Shown: positions 48,389 to 57,173 of the stretch, piece by piece | Layout: the number at the start of each line of letters is the position of its first letter | Numbering within the stretch: the first letter of the stretch is position 1 | Assembly: GCA_044344255.1 (NCBI GenBank) | Contig: JBIJDH010000023.1 | Span: 32,001-96,000, forward strand | DNA length: 64,000 nt | Reading direction: 5' to 3' | DNA from: Myxococcota bacterium | GTDB lineage: Bacteria > Myxococcota_A > UBA796 > UBA2385 | Position numbers and translations under genes: made by a program | Notes under the pieces: model-generated | What the model was told of the DNA's origin: nothing | The model's input: only the letters and a program-made list of their open reading frames with translations | Databases searched by the model: none

Positions 48389-49722
48389 GGGCCTCGGCCC
48401 GGGGCGCGGCGCCGCCGCCGCAGGAGGGCAGCGGCGAGCAGGAGGGCGCTCGTCGCGGCGGGCGCGGCGGGCGCGGTGGCGCAGCTCCAGCCGAGGTAGT
48501 CCTCGGGGCGGCCGTCGCAGTCGTTGTCCACCGCGTCGTTGAGCTCGGGGGCGCCGGGGAAGATGCGCCCGTCGCGGTCGTCACAGTCGCCCTCGTCCTC
48601 CGACCAGCCGTCGAGGTCGTCGTCGAAGCCCTCCGTGCCCTCGTCCACCACGCCGTCACAGTCGTTGTCGAGGTCATCCCACCGCTCGGGGGCGCCCGCG
48701 GAGACCGTGGGGTCCTCGTCAGAGCAGTCGCCCTCCGCCTCGCTCTGGCCGTCGCCGTCGTCGTCGGAGACCGCCGTGTCCTCGTCGATCTCCGCGTCGC
48801 AGTCCTGGTCCTGTCCGTCGGCCACCTCGGGGGCGCCGGGGTAGGTCGCGCGGTCGGCGTCGTCGCAGTCGCCCTCCTCCTCGGACCAGCCGTCGCCGTC
48901 GTCGTCGTGGACGAGCGTGCCCTCGTCGACCAGCCCGTCGCAGTCGTTGTCGAGCCCGTCCCCGTCCTCGGCGGCGTCGGGGCTCCGGGCGGCGTTTGTA
49001 TCGTCGCAGTCGCCCTCGTCCTCGGCGTAGCCGTCGTGGTCGTCGTCGGAGCCGTCGGTGTCCTCGTCTGTGGCGCCGTCGCAGTCATTGTCGAGTCCGT
49101 CCTCGAGCTCGGCGGCCCCGGGCCAGATCCAGGCGTTGCCGTCGTCGCAGTCGCCCTCCCCTTCGGTCCAGCCGTCGCCGTCGTCGTCGAAGGCCTCCGT
49201 CTCCTCGTCGGTCAGGCCGTCGCAGTCCTGGTCGAAGCCGTCCACCGCCTCGGCGGCGCCGGGGTGGGTGGCCGCCGCGCCGTCGTCGCAGTCGCCCTCC
49301 GCCTCGGTCCAGCCGTCGCCGTCGTCGTCGTAGGCGGCGGTGTGATCGTCGATGAGCCCGTCGCAGCTGTTGTCGAGGCCGTCCTCCCACTCATAAGCGC
49401 CGGGGTACGACAGGGGGTTCGTGTCGTCGCAGTCGCCCAGGTCCTCCGACCAGCCGTCGCTGTCGTCGTCGTAGACGCGGGTGCCCTCGTCCACCATGAA
49501 GTCGCAGTCGTTGTCGATGCCATCGGCGACCTCGACGGCGCTCGGGGAGATGTCGGGGGCGGTGTCGTCGCAGTCGCCGGCCTCGTCGGGCCAGCCGTCG
49601 CCGTCGAGGTCTGCGGCGGCGGCGGGGCGCGCGGTGAGGAGCGAGAGGAGTCCGAGGAGGAGCCCGAGCCGGAGCCCGAGGAGGAGCCCGCTCCGCGGCA
49701 GGAGGGCCGGCGGGGCCCTCAT
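48373..49722 (-). CDS. Cys/Asp-rich repeat protein (8x47 aa, MopE-type) with MYXO-CTERM-like tail
   Basis: Start MRAPP (ATGA overlap), signal peptide, 8 DDDGDGW.E..GDCDD...PGA.E..DG.DNDCDG..DE.T units, tail GWSC..A...LLLAAALLRRRRR. Confidence 0.85.
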   Translation of the reverse strand: MRAPPALLPRSGLLLGLRLGLLLGLLSLLTARPAAAADLDGDGWPDEAGDCDDTAPDISPSAVEVADGIDNDCDFMVDEGTRVYDDDSDGWSEDLGDCDDTNPLSYPGAYEWEDGLDNSCDGLIDDHTAAYDDDGDGWTEAEGDCDDGAAATHPGAAEAVDGFDQDCDGLTDEETEAFDDDGDGWTEGEGDCDDGNAWIWPGAAELEDGLDNDCDGATDEDTDGSDDDHDGYAEDEGDCDDTNAARSPDAAEDGDGLDNDCDGLVDEGTLVHDDDGDGWSEEEGDCDDADRATYPGAPEVADGQDQDCDAEIDEDTAVSDDDGDGQSEAEGDCSDEDPTVSAGAPERWDDLDNDCDGVVDEGTEGFDDDLDGWSEDEGDCDDRDGRIFPGAPELNDAVDNDCDGRPEDYLGWSCATAPAAPAATSALLLAAALLRRRRRAPGRGPCSSS

Positions 49723-51965
49723 CGACGTCGCCGTCCGGCGGAGAGGAGACGTCGCCGCCCGGCGGAGAGGAGGAGCCCGATGAGCAGGAGGCCGCCGCCC
49801 GCCCCGCCCGCCCCGCCCGCCCGCGGCGCGGCGCTGCACGATGCGGCGAACCAGCCCTCCGGCCCGTCCACGTGGCCGTCACAGTTCCGGTCCCCATCGC
49901 CCGGGGCCTCGGCGGCGCCCGGGTGGGTGAGCGGGTCGCCGTCGTCGCAGTCGCCCGCCTCCTCGGTGAGGCCGTCGGCGTCGTCGTCCCAGATCGGGGT
50001 CTCGTCGTCGATGAGGCCGTCGCAGTCGTTGTCCTGGCCGTCCACCCGCTCGGGGAAGCCGGGGCCGACCTCGGGGCGGCCGTCGTCGCAGTCGTGCTCC
50101 CACTCGCTCAGGCCGTCGCCGTCGTCGTCGTAGGCGAGGGTGCCCTCGTCGGTGGCGCCGTCGCAGTCGTCGTCCTGGCCGTTCGGCGCCTCCTCCGCGT
50201 CGGGCCAGACGGCGGCGCTGCGATCCTCACAGTCGCCGGCGTCTTCGGTCCACCCGTCGTGGTCGTCGTCGAACCGGTCGGTGCGGTTGTCGACGATGAA
50301 GTCGCAGTCGTCGTCCTCGTCGTTCGGCAGCTCCTCGGCGAGCGGATAGGCGACGGCGCGGTCGTCGTCGCAGTCCCCGTCGTCTTCACTCCAGCCGTCA
50401 CCGTCGTCGTCGAAGGCGCGGGTGCCGTCGTCGGCGAGCCCGTTGCAGTCGTTGTCCTCGCCGTCGGGCTGCTCGGGGGCGCCGGGGAAGGCGAGGCGGC
50501 TCTGGTCGTCGCAGTCGCCCTGGTCTTCACTCCAGCCGTCGCCGTCGTCGTCCCAGTGGGCGGTGCCTTCGTCGATGAGGCCGTCACAGTCTTCGTCGCC
50601 GGGGAGCCCAGACTCCTCACCGGCGGTCTCGTCACCGGTCGGGTGGGCGGCGGGGTCGCGGTCGTCACAGTCGCCCTGGTCTTCACTCCAGCCGTCGCCG
50701 TCGTCGTCGACGGCGCGGGTCCCCTCGTCGATGAGCGCGTCGCAGTCGTCGTCCTCACCGTCCGCCATCTCGGGGGCCTCGGGGTAGGTGAAGCCGTCTT
50801 GGTCGTCGCAGTCGCCCTGGTCCTCCGACCAGCCGTCGTGGTCATCGTCGTAAGCGGCGGTGCCTTCGTCTACCCGGCCGTCGCAGTCGTTGTCGATGCC
50901 GTCGAGCACCTCGAGCGCGCCGGGGTGAATGTCCTCGTTCAGGTCTTCGCAGTCGCCGTCGCAGGTGCGGTAGCCGTCGAGGTCGAGCTCGTAGCCCTCG
51001 TCGATGTCTCCCGCACAGTCATTGTCCTCGCCGTCACACAGCTCGGGCGCGCCGGGGTAGCTGTGGTCATTGGTGTCGTTGCAGTCGTCGTCGTTCTCGA
51101 CCCAGCCAGCCGGGGTGGTGCAGGCACGATCGGGCACGGCGGGGTCTCCGTAGCTGTCCCCGTCGGCGTCGATCCAGACGTCGTGCGCGTCGATGGCGTC
51201 GCGACCGTCGGTGGAGCCGTCGCAATTGTCGTCCTTGCCGTTACACCACTCGTCGGCGCCGGGGTGAACGGCGCTGTCCGCGTCATTACAGTCGTCGGTG
51301 GCGGTGTAACCGTCGCCGTCCGCGTCGACGGCGCCGCAGGTGAGGTCGGGGATCGATCGATAGGCCCCCTGGTTGTTCCAGCGGGTGGAGGAGGCGCCGC
51401 AAGGGCCGGCGAAGGGCTCGACCGAGGTGGAGGAGCTCGACCCGCTGCGGGGCTCGAAGTGGAGGTGGGGGCCGGTGCTGTTGCCCGAGGAGCCCACCTC
51501 GCCGAGCTTCTGTCCACAGGAGACGGTCTGGCCGCTGCTCACGGCCACCGTCCAGATCTTCATGTGGCAGTACATCGTGCGCATGCCGTCAGCGTGCTGA
51601 AGGATGGCGTAGTTGCCACAGCCGCCCCCACCGCCGCAGGCGCCGGTGGTGCAGGCGTCGAACTCCCCGTCGTGGGCGGTGGTGACGGTGCCGTCTGCCG
51701 CCGCGGTGATGTCGCGGCCGACGGCCATGCTCGACCAGCCGCCGATGGCGAAGTCTGTCCCCTTGTGGCCGGAGTAGTAGACCGAGCCGCAATTCCAGTC
51801 CTGCCCGCCCTCGTCCCGATAGGCGGAGGGATAGAAGGCGCCGGCGTCGGCGGTCGTGCTGGGGAAGGAGTAGGACTGGGCCTGCGCGGCCCCCGAAGCC
51901 AAGCCCGAAGCCAAGATGGACAGGAGGGGCAGGCCCAAAGACAGGGCGAGGCGGAGGCGCGTCAT
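49719..51965 (-). CDS. M23 metallopeptidase with 10 Cys/Asp-rich repeats and MYXO-CTERM-like tail
   Basis: Start MTRLRL (ATGA overlap), signal peptide, HKGTDF (HxxxD), AAADGTV, GNY, Y.H, GNSTGPHLHFE (HxH), 10 repeats, tail SCSAA...LLLIGLLL..RRR. Confidence 0.9.
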   Translation of the reverse strand: MTRLRLALSLGLPLLSILASGLASGAAQAQSYSFPSTTADAGAFYPSAYRDEGGQDWNCGSVYYSGHKGTDFAIGGWSSMAVGRDITAAADGTVTTAHDGEFDACTTGACGGGGGCGNYAILQHADGMRTMYCHMKIWTVAVSSGQTVSCGQKLGEVGSSGNSTGPHLHFEPRSGSSSSTSVEPFAGPCGASSTRWNNQGAYRSIPDLTCGAVDADGDGYTATDDCNDADSAVHPGADEWCNGKDDNCDGSTDGRDAIDAHDVWIDADGDSYGDPAVPDRACTTPAGWVENDDDCNDTNDHSYPGAPELCDGEDNDCAGDIDEGYELDLDGYRTCDGDCEDLNEDIHPGALEVLDGIDNDCDGRVDEGTAAYDDDHDGWSEDQGDCDDQDGFTYPEAPEMADGEDDDCDALIDEGTRAVDDDGDGWSEDQGDCDDRDPAAHPTGDETAGEESGLPGDEDCDGLIDEGTAHWDDDGDGWSEDQGDCDDQSRLAFPGAPEQPDGEDNDCNGLADDGTRAFDDDGDGWSEDDGDCDDDRAVAYPLAEELPNDEDDDCDFIVDNRTDRFDDDHDGWTEDAGDCEDRSAAVWPDAEEAPNGQDDDCDGATDEGTLAYDDDGDGLSEWEHDCDDGRPEVGPGFPERVDGQDNDCDGLIDDETPIWDDDADGLTEEAGDCDDGDPLTHPGAAEAPGDGDRNCDGHVDGPEGWFAASCSAAPRAGGAGGAGGGLLLIGLLLSAGRRRLLSAGRRRR

Positions 51966-52591
51966 GGTGGGCTCACCGTCCAGTCCTTCCCGCCGGCGGT
52001 CCAGCGGAGCCCGTCGGCCCCCCAGGTGAGGCCCCCGGCGCTGGGGACGGGGATGAAGCCCTCGGGGGGCTGGCCGGGCGGGTGGGGGACCCGCTCGACG
52101 CCGACGTTCGTGAGCTGGACCGCCGAGCCGGCGCCGGCCGCGACCTCGACCGCCCACAGGGAGGCGACGCCCGTGCAGCCCGAGACGAAGGCGAGCCGCC
52201 GCCCGTCGGGGGAGAAGGCCGGCCGATCGGAGGAGCAGGGCCAAGCGATCAGCGCGGCGGCGGGCGCCTCTCCCGTGAGGTCGAGGACCATGAGCTCGGT
52301 CTCGGCGCCGTCGCGGAGGCGGGGGTAAGCGAGGAGCCGGCTGTCGGGCGACCAGGCGAGCTCGGGGAGGACGTCGCGGTCGTCGTGGCGGGGCGCGTGC
52401 CCCTCCGACCCGCTCTCGACGCGGAGCGCGCCGCCTGCGGTCACCGCCGCGGTCCAGCGCCCATCCGGCGAGGCCGCCTCCCCCGCGGGGATGCCGTCCA
52501 GGGCGACGCCGGTGGGCGCAGGGTGGTCTGCGCAGGCGGGCAGGAGCGGGGCCCCGGCGAGGGCCAGGAGGAGCGGAGCGGAGCGGTACAT
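51962..52591 (-). CDS. TolB-like / PD40 repeat lipoprotein
   Basis: Start MYRSAP, LPAC lipobox, SPDGRW, WSPDSRLLAY, PAFSPDGRRLAFVS, VQLTN. Confidence 0.8.
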   Translation of the reverse strand: MYRSAPLLLALAGAPLLPACADHPAPTGVALDGIPAGEAASPDGRWTAAVTAGGALRVESGSEGHAPRHDDRDVLPELAWSPDSRLLAYPRLRDGAETELMVLDLTGEAPAAALIAWPCSSDRPAFSPDGRRLAFVSGCTGVASLWAVEVAAGAGSAVQLTNVGVERVPHPPGQPPEGFIPVPSAGGLTWGADGLRWTAGGKDWTVSPP

Positions 52592-52638
52592 CGGTAGACC
52601 ATAACCGGCGGCGACGGCCGAACCGCGAGGAGGGACCC

Positions 52639-54135
52639 TCAAGAGCGGCGGGCGAGGTGGAGGGAGCCCCCGAGCAGGGGGCCGTGATCGCTCCAGCCCC
52701 CTTGCGCCTCGAGGCCGATCCGCCACCAGGGGGTGGGCGCGAAGTCCCAGCCCGCCCGCCCGAGGCCGCCGGTCGCGTAGGGGACCACCGCCAGCAGCGC
52801 CAGCCCCGCCCAGGGCCCCCCCTCGGCGCTCCCGGCGCGGAGGCCCAGGCTGGCCGGATAGACATGGGTGTCTACCCAGCCGGGATAGAGATAATAGGGC
52901 TGGCCGGTGCGCATCGCGCCCAGGCGGAGCTCAACCGAGAGCGGGGGCCGCAGCCGATAGAGCGCCTGAACCTCGAAGACGACGTGGTGACGGGGCTCGA
53001 GATAGAGGTAGCCGAGGCCGGCTCCCAGTCGGAAGCGCTGGGGGCCAGGGGCCTCGGACAGGATCGCCACCCCAGGGCCGGGGTGGACGAAACGACGCCG
53101 CTCGACGTCGAGCCAGAGGGGCGACAGGGCCCAGGCGCTCCCGTCCGGGGCCTCGAGGCGCTCGCCGGGGGTGGCCTCGGCGGCGCTGGAAGGCAGCGGG
53201 CGGAGGTGGACGAAGCGGACCCAGCGGAGGCCGTTCGCCGCGCCCCAGTCGGCGAGGGTCTCGGCCACCGCCGCTGGGGGCTCCTGCCCGCGGAGGGCCC
53301 CGAGCACGGCGGCCTCGAGGGCGGCGGCGCCGTCATCCCCGTGGAGCTCGGCGGTGACGGAGAGGCGGGCGCCGGCGGGGGCCTGGAGCTCGGCGGTCCA
53401 GGCGGTGCGGCGGCCGGGGCGCTCCGCGCTCAGGCGGTGCCAGCCGGGGCGGAGCTCGATGGGGCCTGCCTCCACGCGGTGACCGTCGACGAAGAGCCTT
53501 GCGTCTTCGACGTCGGCGCCGAGCTCGACGACGGCCGGCGCCCCACCCTCGGCCGCGAGCTCGAGGTAGCGGGAGAGGGTGGCGGGGGAGAGGGGCGGCA
53601 GGTCGGTCGCGCGACCGCCGGTGGAGGCGGCCGCGGCCCGGAGATCGGCGTCGGCGCCGACGAGGTCTCCGGCGGCCCGACGTCGGTCGGCGAGCAGGAG
53701 GAGGATGCGGGCGGGCTCCTCGTCATCGGTGGTGAAGGGCAGCGCGCGGAGGGCCTCCCGGGCCTCAAACAAGGCCCCGATCGCAGGCGCGCGGTCGAGG
53801 CCCTCGAGGCCCTCGAGGCCATCGAGGACCTGGAGGGCCGCGGCATACCGTGCGCTCGCCGCCGCGCCCGCCGGCCCGGCCGCCGCGACCGTGTCGAAGT
53901 CGAGCAGGGGCGCCCCCCCCTCCGCGCTGGCCGCCGCGATCGCCGACCGGGCGGCGGGGCAGCCTCCTGGCTCATCGCAGAGGAGGACCGACACCGCCCG
54001 CGCCCCCAAGGGCACCTCCTCCATCGGCTGCGCGGAGGCCGGCGCAGCCCCGAGGCCGAGGGCGGCGAGGAGCAGCGCGGCCGAGGGCCGGCGGGGGGTG
54101 AGAGAGGGAGAGAGCGGGGGGGAGAGGTGGGCCAT
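52639..54135 (-). CDS. PEGA-like domain protein with C-terminal beta-barrel-like region (paralog 2)
   Basis: Signal peptide, LLCDEP..C, ARLFVDG..L.PGWHRL. Barrel region shares PY.LYP.W.D...Y with 46865-48388. Confidence 0.7.
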   Translation of the reverse strand: MAHLSPPLSPSLTPRRPSAALLLAALGLGAAPASAQPMEEVPLGARAVSVLLCDEPGGCPAARSAIAAASAEGGAPLLDFDTVAAAGPAGAAASARYAAALQVLDGLEGLEGLDRAPAIGALFEAREALRALPFTTDDEEPARILLLLADRRRAAGDLVGADADLRAAAASTGGRATDLPPLSPATLSRYLELAAEGGAPAVVELGADVEDARLFVDGHRVEAGPIELRPGWHRLSAERPGRRTAWTAELQAPAGARLSVTAELHGDDGAAALEAAVLGALRGQEPPAAVAETLADWGAANGLRWVRFVHLRPLPSSAAEATPGERLEAPDGSAWALSPLWLDVERRRFVHPGPGVAILSEAPGPQRFRLGAGLGYLYLEPRHHVVFEVQALYRLRPPLSVELRLGAMRTGQPYYLYPGWVDTHVYPASLGLRAGSAEGGPWAGLALLAVVPYATGGLGRAGWDFAPTPWWRIGLEAQGGWSDHGPLLGGSLHLARRS

Positions 54136-54157
54136 TCCCCCGCCGGTAACACCCTCG

Positions 54158-54165
54158 ACTATACT
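54158..54165. promoter_or_regulatory. Overlapping divergent -10 hexamers (TATACT on +, TATAGT on -)
   Basis: ACTATACT lies in the 36-bp gap between two divergent genes. TATACT is 6 nt before GTG 54172. Confidence 0.55.
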
Positions 54166-54171
54166 CCTGCT

Positions 54172-55173
54172 GTGCTGAACACCCTCCTCCCGCTGCTCTT
54201 GGCCTCCGCCCCGCTCCGGGCCGAGGTGCTCTCGGCCCCCGAGCCGGGTCGGCCGGAGCTGACGCTGCTGGTCTGTCCGAGCCCGATCACCTGCCCGGAG
54301 GCGCTGATGTGGGTCGACAACCAGGGCGGCCTCGGCGGGGAGGGGCTGCTGCTGCTCGACGCTGTCCTCGAGCTCGACACCGGCGAGTGGGAGGACGGAG
54401 AGGACAAGGCCCTTCGCTTCCGGGAGTCGCTGGCGGCCGCGCGCGCCGAGCTCCAGGCGGGGCGCCCCGCGCTCGCCGAGGGGGCGCTGAGCGAGGCCGA
54501 GTCGACGCTCTCACGCTGGTCGGGCACCGCGACCTCCGCCGAGCTCACCGAGGTCGCCTGGCTGCGGGGGGCGCTCGAGCTCGTCTGGGAGCAGGACCCC
54601 GGCCCCGCCTTTCGACAGGCGGCGGTGTGGGCCTGGAACCAGCCCTTCGAGCCCCCGCTCTCCGAGCCCACCGCGCTCCGTCGCTGGGGAGAGGCCGAGC
54701 GCGCCCTCGCCGTGGAGCCCCCCGGCCGCCTCCGCCTCCGCGCCGGCCTCCCGGGCACCGTCTATGCCCTCGACGGCGTCACCCTCGGCCCCGGCCCGGT
54801 CGAGGTCAGCCTGCCCGCGGGCCTCCACCGGGTCACGGCCTGGCAGGAGCACACGGCCATCCGCTGGGCCGCCTCGCTGGCGGTCGAGCCCGGCGCGCTC
54901 ACCGAGTCCGCCGCCCGCTTCTCCCGGGTGGCCGATCCCCAGTGGGTCTCCGACCAGATCGAGGCCGCCATCCGCGGCCAACCCCTCCCGGACCCCGTCT
55001 CCGAGCTGCTCGCCGAGTGGTGTACCCGCCACGGCGTGCGCCGCCTCCGCCTCGCGGTGGCCGATCCGGTGCGCCCCGACGAGCTCGAGGGGCGGGACCC
55101 GAGCCTCGGGATGAGCCCCTATCGCCTGCGACAGGTCTCCTTCGATCCCCGCCAGCGCAGCCTCTCTCCCTGA
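54172..55173 (+). CDS. PEGA-like domain protein lacking the barrel (paralog 3)
   Basis: 3' part of ORF 52657-55173. From GTG 54172: signal peptide, LLVCPSP..C, LDG..LG..L.AG.HRV, LL.EWC.RHG...LRL, V.FDP, all shared with 46865-48388. Confidence 0.72.
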   Translation: MLNTLLPLLLASAPLRAEVLSAPEPGRPELTLLVCPSPITCPEALMWVDNQGGLGGEGLLLLDAVLELDTGEWEDGEDKALRFRESLAAARAELQAGRPALAEGALSEAESTLSRWSGTATSAELTEVAWLRGALELVWEQDPGPAFRQAAVWAWNQPFEPPLSEPTALRRWGEAERALAVEPPGRLRLRAGLPGTVYALDGVTLGPGPVEVSLPAGLHRVTAWQEHTAIRWAASLAVEPGALTESAARFSRVADPQWVSDQIEAAIRGQPLPDPVSELLAEWCTRHGVRRLRLAVADPVRPDELEGRDPSLGMSPYRLRQVSFDPRQRSLSP

Positions 55174-55203
55174 GCCCACCCTGTCGGTCCCGCGGAGCCC
55201 CCC

Positions 55204-57129
55204 ATGCTGCGTCGCCCCACCTCGTCCCTCGTGTCCCCTGTGCCGCTGTCTGTCCCGCTGTCTGTCCTGTTGTCAGTCGGGGCGCCGCTCGTCGGAGGCG
55301 CGCTCGGCTGCTCGGACTATGAGCTGCAGGGCAAGTCCGAGGCCGAGCCCGGCGCCAGCCTCGAGGACTGCCGCACAGACCCCCCCGAGGCGGCGGCCGT
55401 GCTGATCGACGAGGCCTGCGTCCGGGTCGAGGCGCCCGTCGGCGGGACGCCCACGGTCGAGTGGCAGTGGGCCACCTCGGTCGGAAACCCCGGCTACGAC
55501 GACGTGATGATGATGCCGGCCGTCGGCGATGTCGATGGGGACGGCACACCCGAGGTGGTGGTCACGAGCTACGCTGGCGCCGCCTATGGCTCGGCGGGCC
55601 TGCTCACCGTGCTGCGCGGAGACGGCTCGGGGGAGCTCCTGAGCGCCCTCTCGATCGGCGGCTACGCGCCCTTCGCCTCGAGCGGCGTCGCCCTCGGCGA
55701 CATCGACGCCGACGGCGTGGTCGAGATCGTGCTCTACAGCGCCGACGGGCGCGTCCTGGCAGCGCACGCCGACGGCACCCTCCTCTGGGCCTCGGAGGCG
55801 CGCTCGGGCGACTGGCTGTCGTATGGTTACCCCTCCCTCGCAGACCTCGACGGCGACGGCCTCGCCGAGGTGGTGGCCGGCCGGGTGATCCTCGATCACA
55901 CTGGCGTGGTCGTGGGGGTGGGGGCCTATGGATACGGAGGCTCCTATTCGATCCCGGTCGTGGCCGACCTCGACCTCGACGGCCAGCAGGAGGTGATCGT
56001 CGGCAACGCCGCCTATCGGCGCGACGGGAGCGCGATCTGGTCCAATTCCCTCCCCGACGGCTGGCCCGCCGTGGGTGACTTCGACCACGACGGGCGCGGG
56101 GAGGTGGTCACCGTCTATGGGGGCTCGGTCTATCTCAGCGACGATGACGGCACGCTGCTCTGGGGCCCGATGGTGGTGCCCGGGGGCGGCGGCGGTCCGC
56201 CCACGGTGGCCGACTTCGACGGCGACGGCGAGCCCGAGGTGGGGGTGGCCGGGCTCAGCGGCTACGCGGTCTATGACACCGACGGCAGCACGCTCTGGAC
56301 CGCCGTCACCACCGACGCCTCCTCCGCCCAGACCGGCTCCGCCGTCTTTGACTTCGAGGGCGACGGCGCGGCTGAGGTGGTCTATGCCGATGAGCTCGTG
56401 CTCTGGGTCTATGACGGGGCCACCGGCGCTCCGCTGGTGGCGGACGACCGCCACAGCTCCTGGACCCTCTTCGAGTACCCGGTGATCGCTGACGTCGACG
56501 CCGACGGCGACGCCGAGATCGTGCTCGCCAGCAATGACTCAATCGGCGAGGGCTGGCAGGGTGTCACCGTGCTCGGCGCCGGAGAGGGCGGGGCCTGGGC
56601 GCCCACCACCCCCACCTGGAATGAGCACGGCTACTCGATCAGCAACATCGAGGACGACCTCTCGATCCCCGCCCACCCCACCATGAACTGGCTGAGCGGC
56701 CACAATTCCTTTCGGGCCGGCGGCCTCCGTGACGGCGTGGGCATCCCGGCGATCGACCTCCTCGCCACCCTCGCCGACGCCTGCTGGGTCTGTGAGGACG
56801 AAGCGGGCAACAGCGAGGTCGAGCTCGCCGTGCGGGTGGGCAACCAGGGCACCGGCCCGGCCGGCGAGAGCGCGCTGTCCGTCTATCTCCACGAGGAGAA
56901 CGGCGACGTCACCCTGCTCGGCGTCGAGACGATGCCCGCGGTGGAGGCCGGCGCCGAGAGCCCGGCCCTCACCCTGCGCTACACGCTCCCCCCGGCGGCG
57001 GCGGTGCGCGAGGTCTCGGTGCGGGTCGATGATCCCGGCACCGTGGCGGCGGGGCCGACCACCGGCCTCCTCGAAGAGTGTGATGAGGAGAACAACCGTG
57101 TGAGCACGGCGCCCACCGACTGCCGCTGA
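55204..57129 (+). CDS. FG-GAP/VCBS-like repeat lipoprotein with C-terminal CARDB-like domain
   Basis: ALGC lipobox, PAVGDVDGDG, ADLDGDG..E, PPTVADFDGDG.PE, FDFEGDG..EVVYADE, WNEH.Y, V.NQG...and EECDEENN. Confidence 0.85.
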   Translation: MLRRPTSSLVSPVPLSVPLSVLLSVGAPLVGGALGCSDYELQGKSEAEPGASLEDCRTDPPEAAAVLIDEACVRVEAPVGGTPTVEWQWATSVGNPGYDDVMMMPAVGDVDGDGTPEVVVTSYAGAAYGSAGLLTVLRGDGSGELLSALSIGGYAPFASSGVALGDIDADGVVEIVLYSADGRVLAAHADGTLLWASEARSGDWLSYGYPSLADLDGDGLAEVVAGRVILDHTGVVVGVGAYGYGGSYSIPVVADLDLDGQQEVIVGNAAYRRDGSAIWSNSLPDGWPAVGDFDHDGRGEVVTVYGGSVYLSDDDGTLLWGPMVVPGGGGGPPTVADFDGDGEPEVGVAGLSGYAVYDTDGSTLWTAVTTDASSAQTGSAVFDFEGDGAAEVVYADELVLWVYDGATGAPLVADDRHSSWTLFEYPVIADVDADGDAEIVLASNDSIGEGWQGVTVLGAGEGGAWAPTTPTWNEHGYSISNIEDDLSIPAHPTMNWLSGHNSFRAGGLRDGVGIPAIDLLATLADACWVCEDEAGNSEVELAVRVGNQGTGPAGESALSVYLHEENGDVTLLGVETMPAVEAGAESPALTLRYTLPPAAAVREVSVRVDDPGTVAAGPTTGLLEECDEENNRVSTAPTDCR

Positions 57130-57173
57130 GGGGCCCTTCGCCCGGGGAGCGGTCCTGCGTTATCGCCCGCGCC

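Noticed and set aside
49719..52865. N-terminal extensions of ORF-track calls (49719-52865, also 6668-8950, 8692-10308, 52657-55173, 61258-63525)
   Set aside because: The extensions are R/P/G-rich and overlap neighbouring genes. Downstream starts with ATGA coupling, SD or -10 elements and signal peptides fit better.
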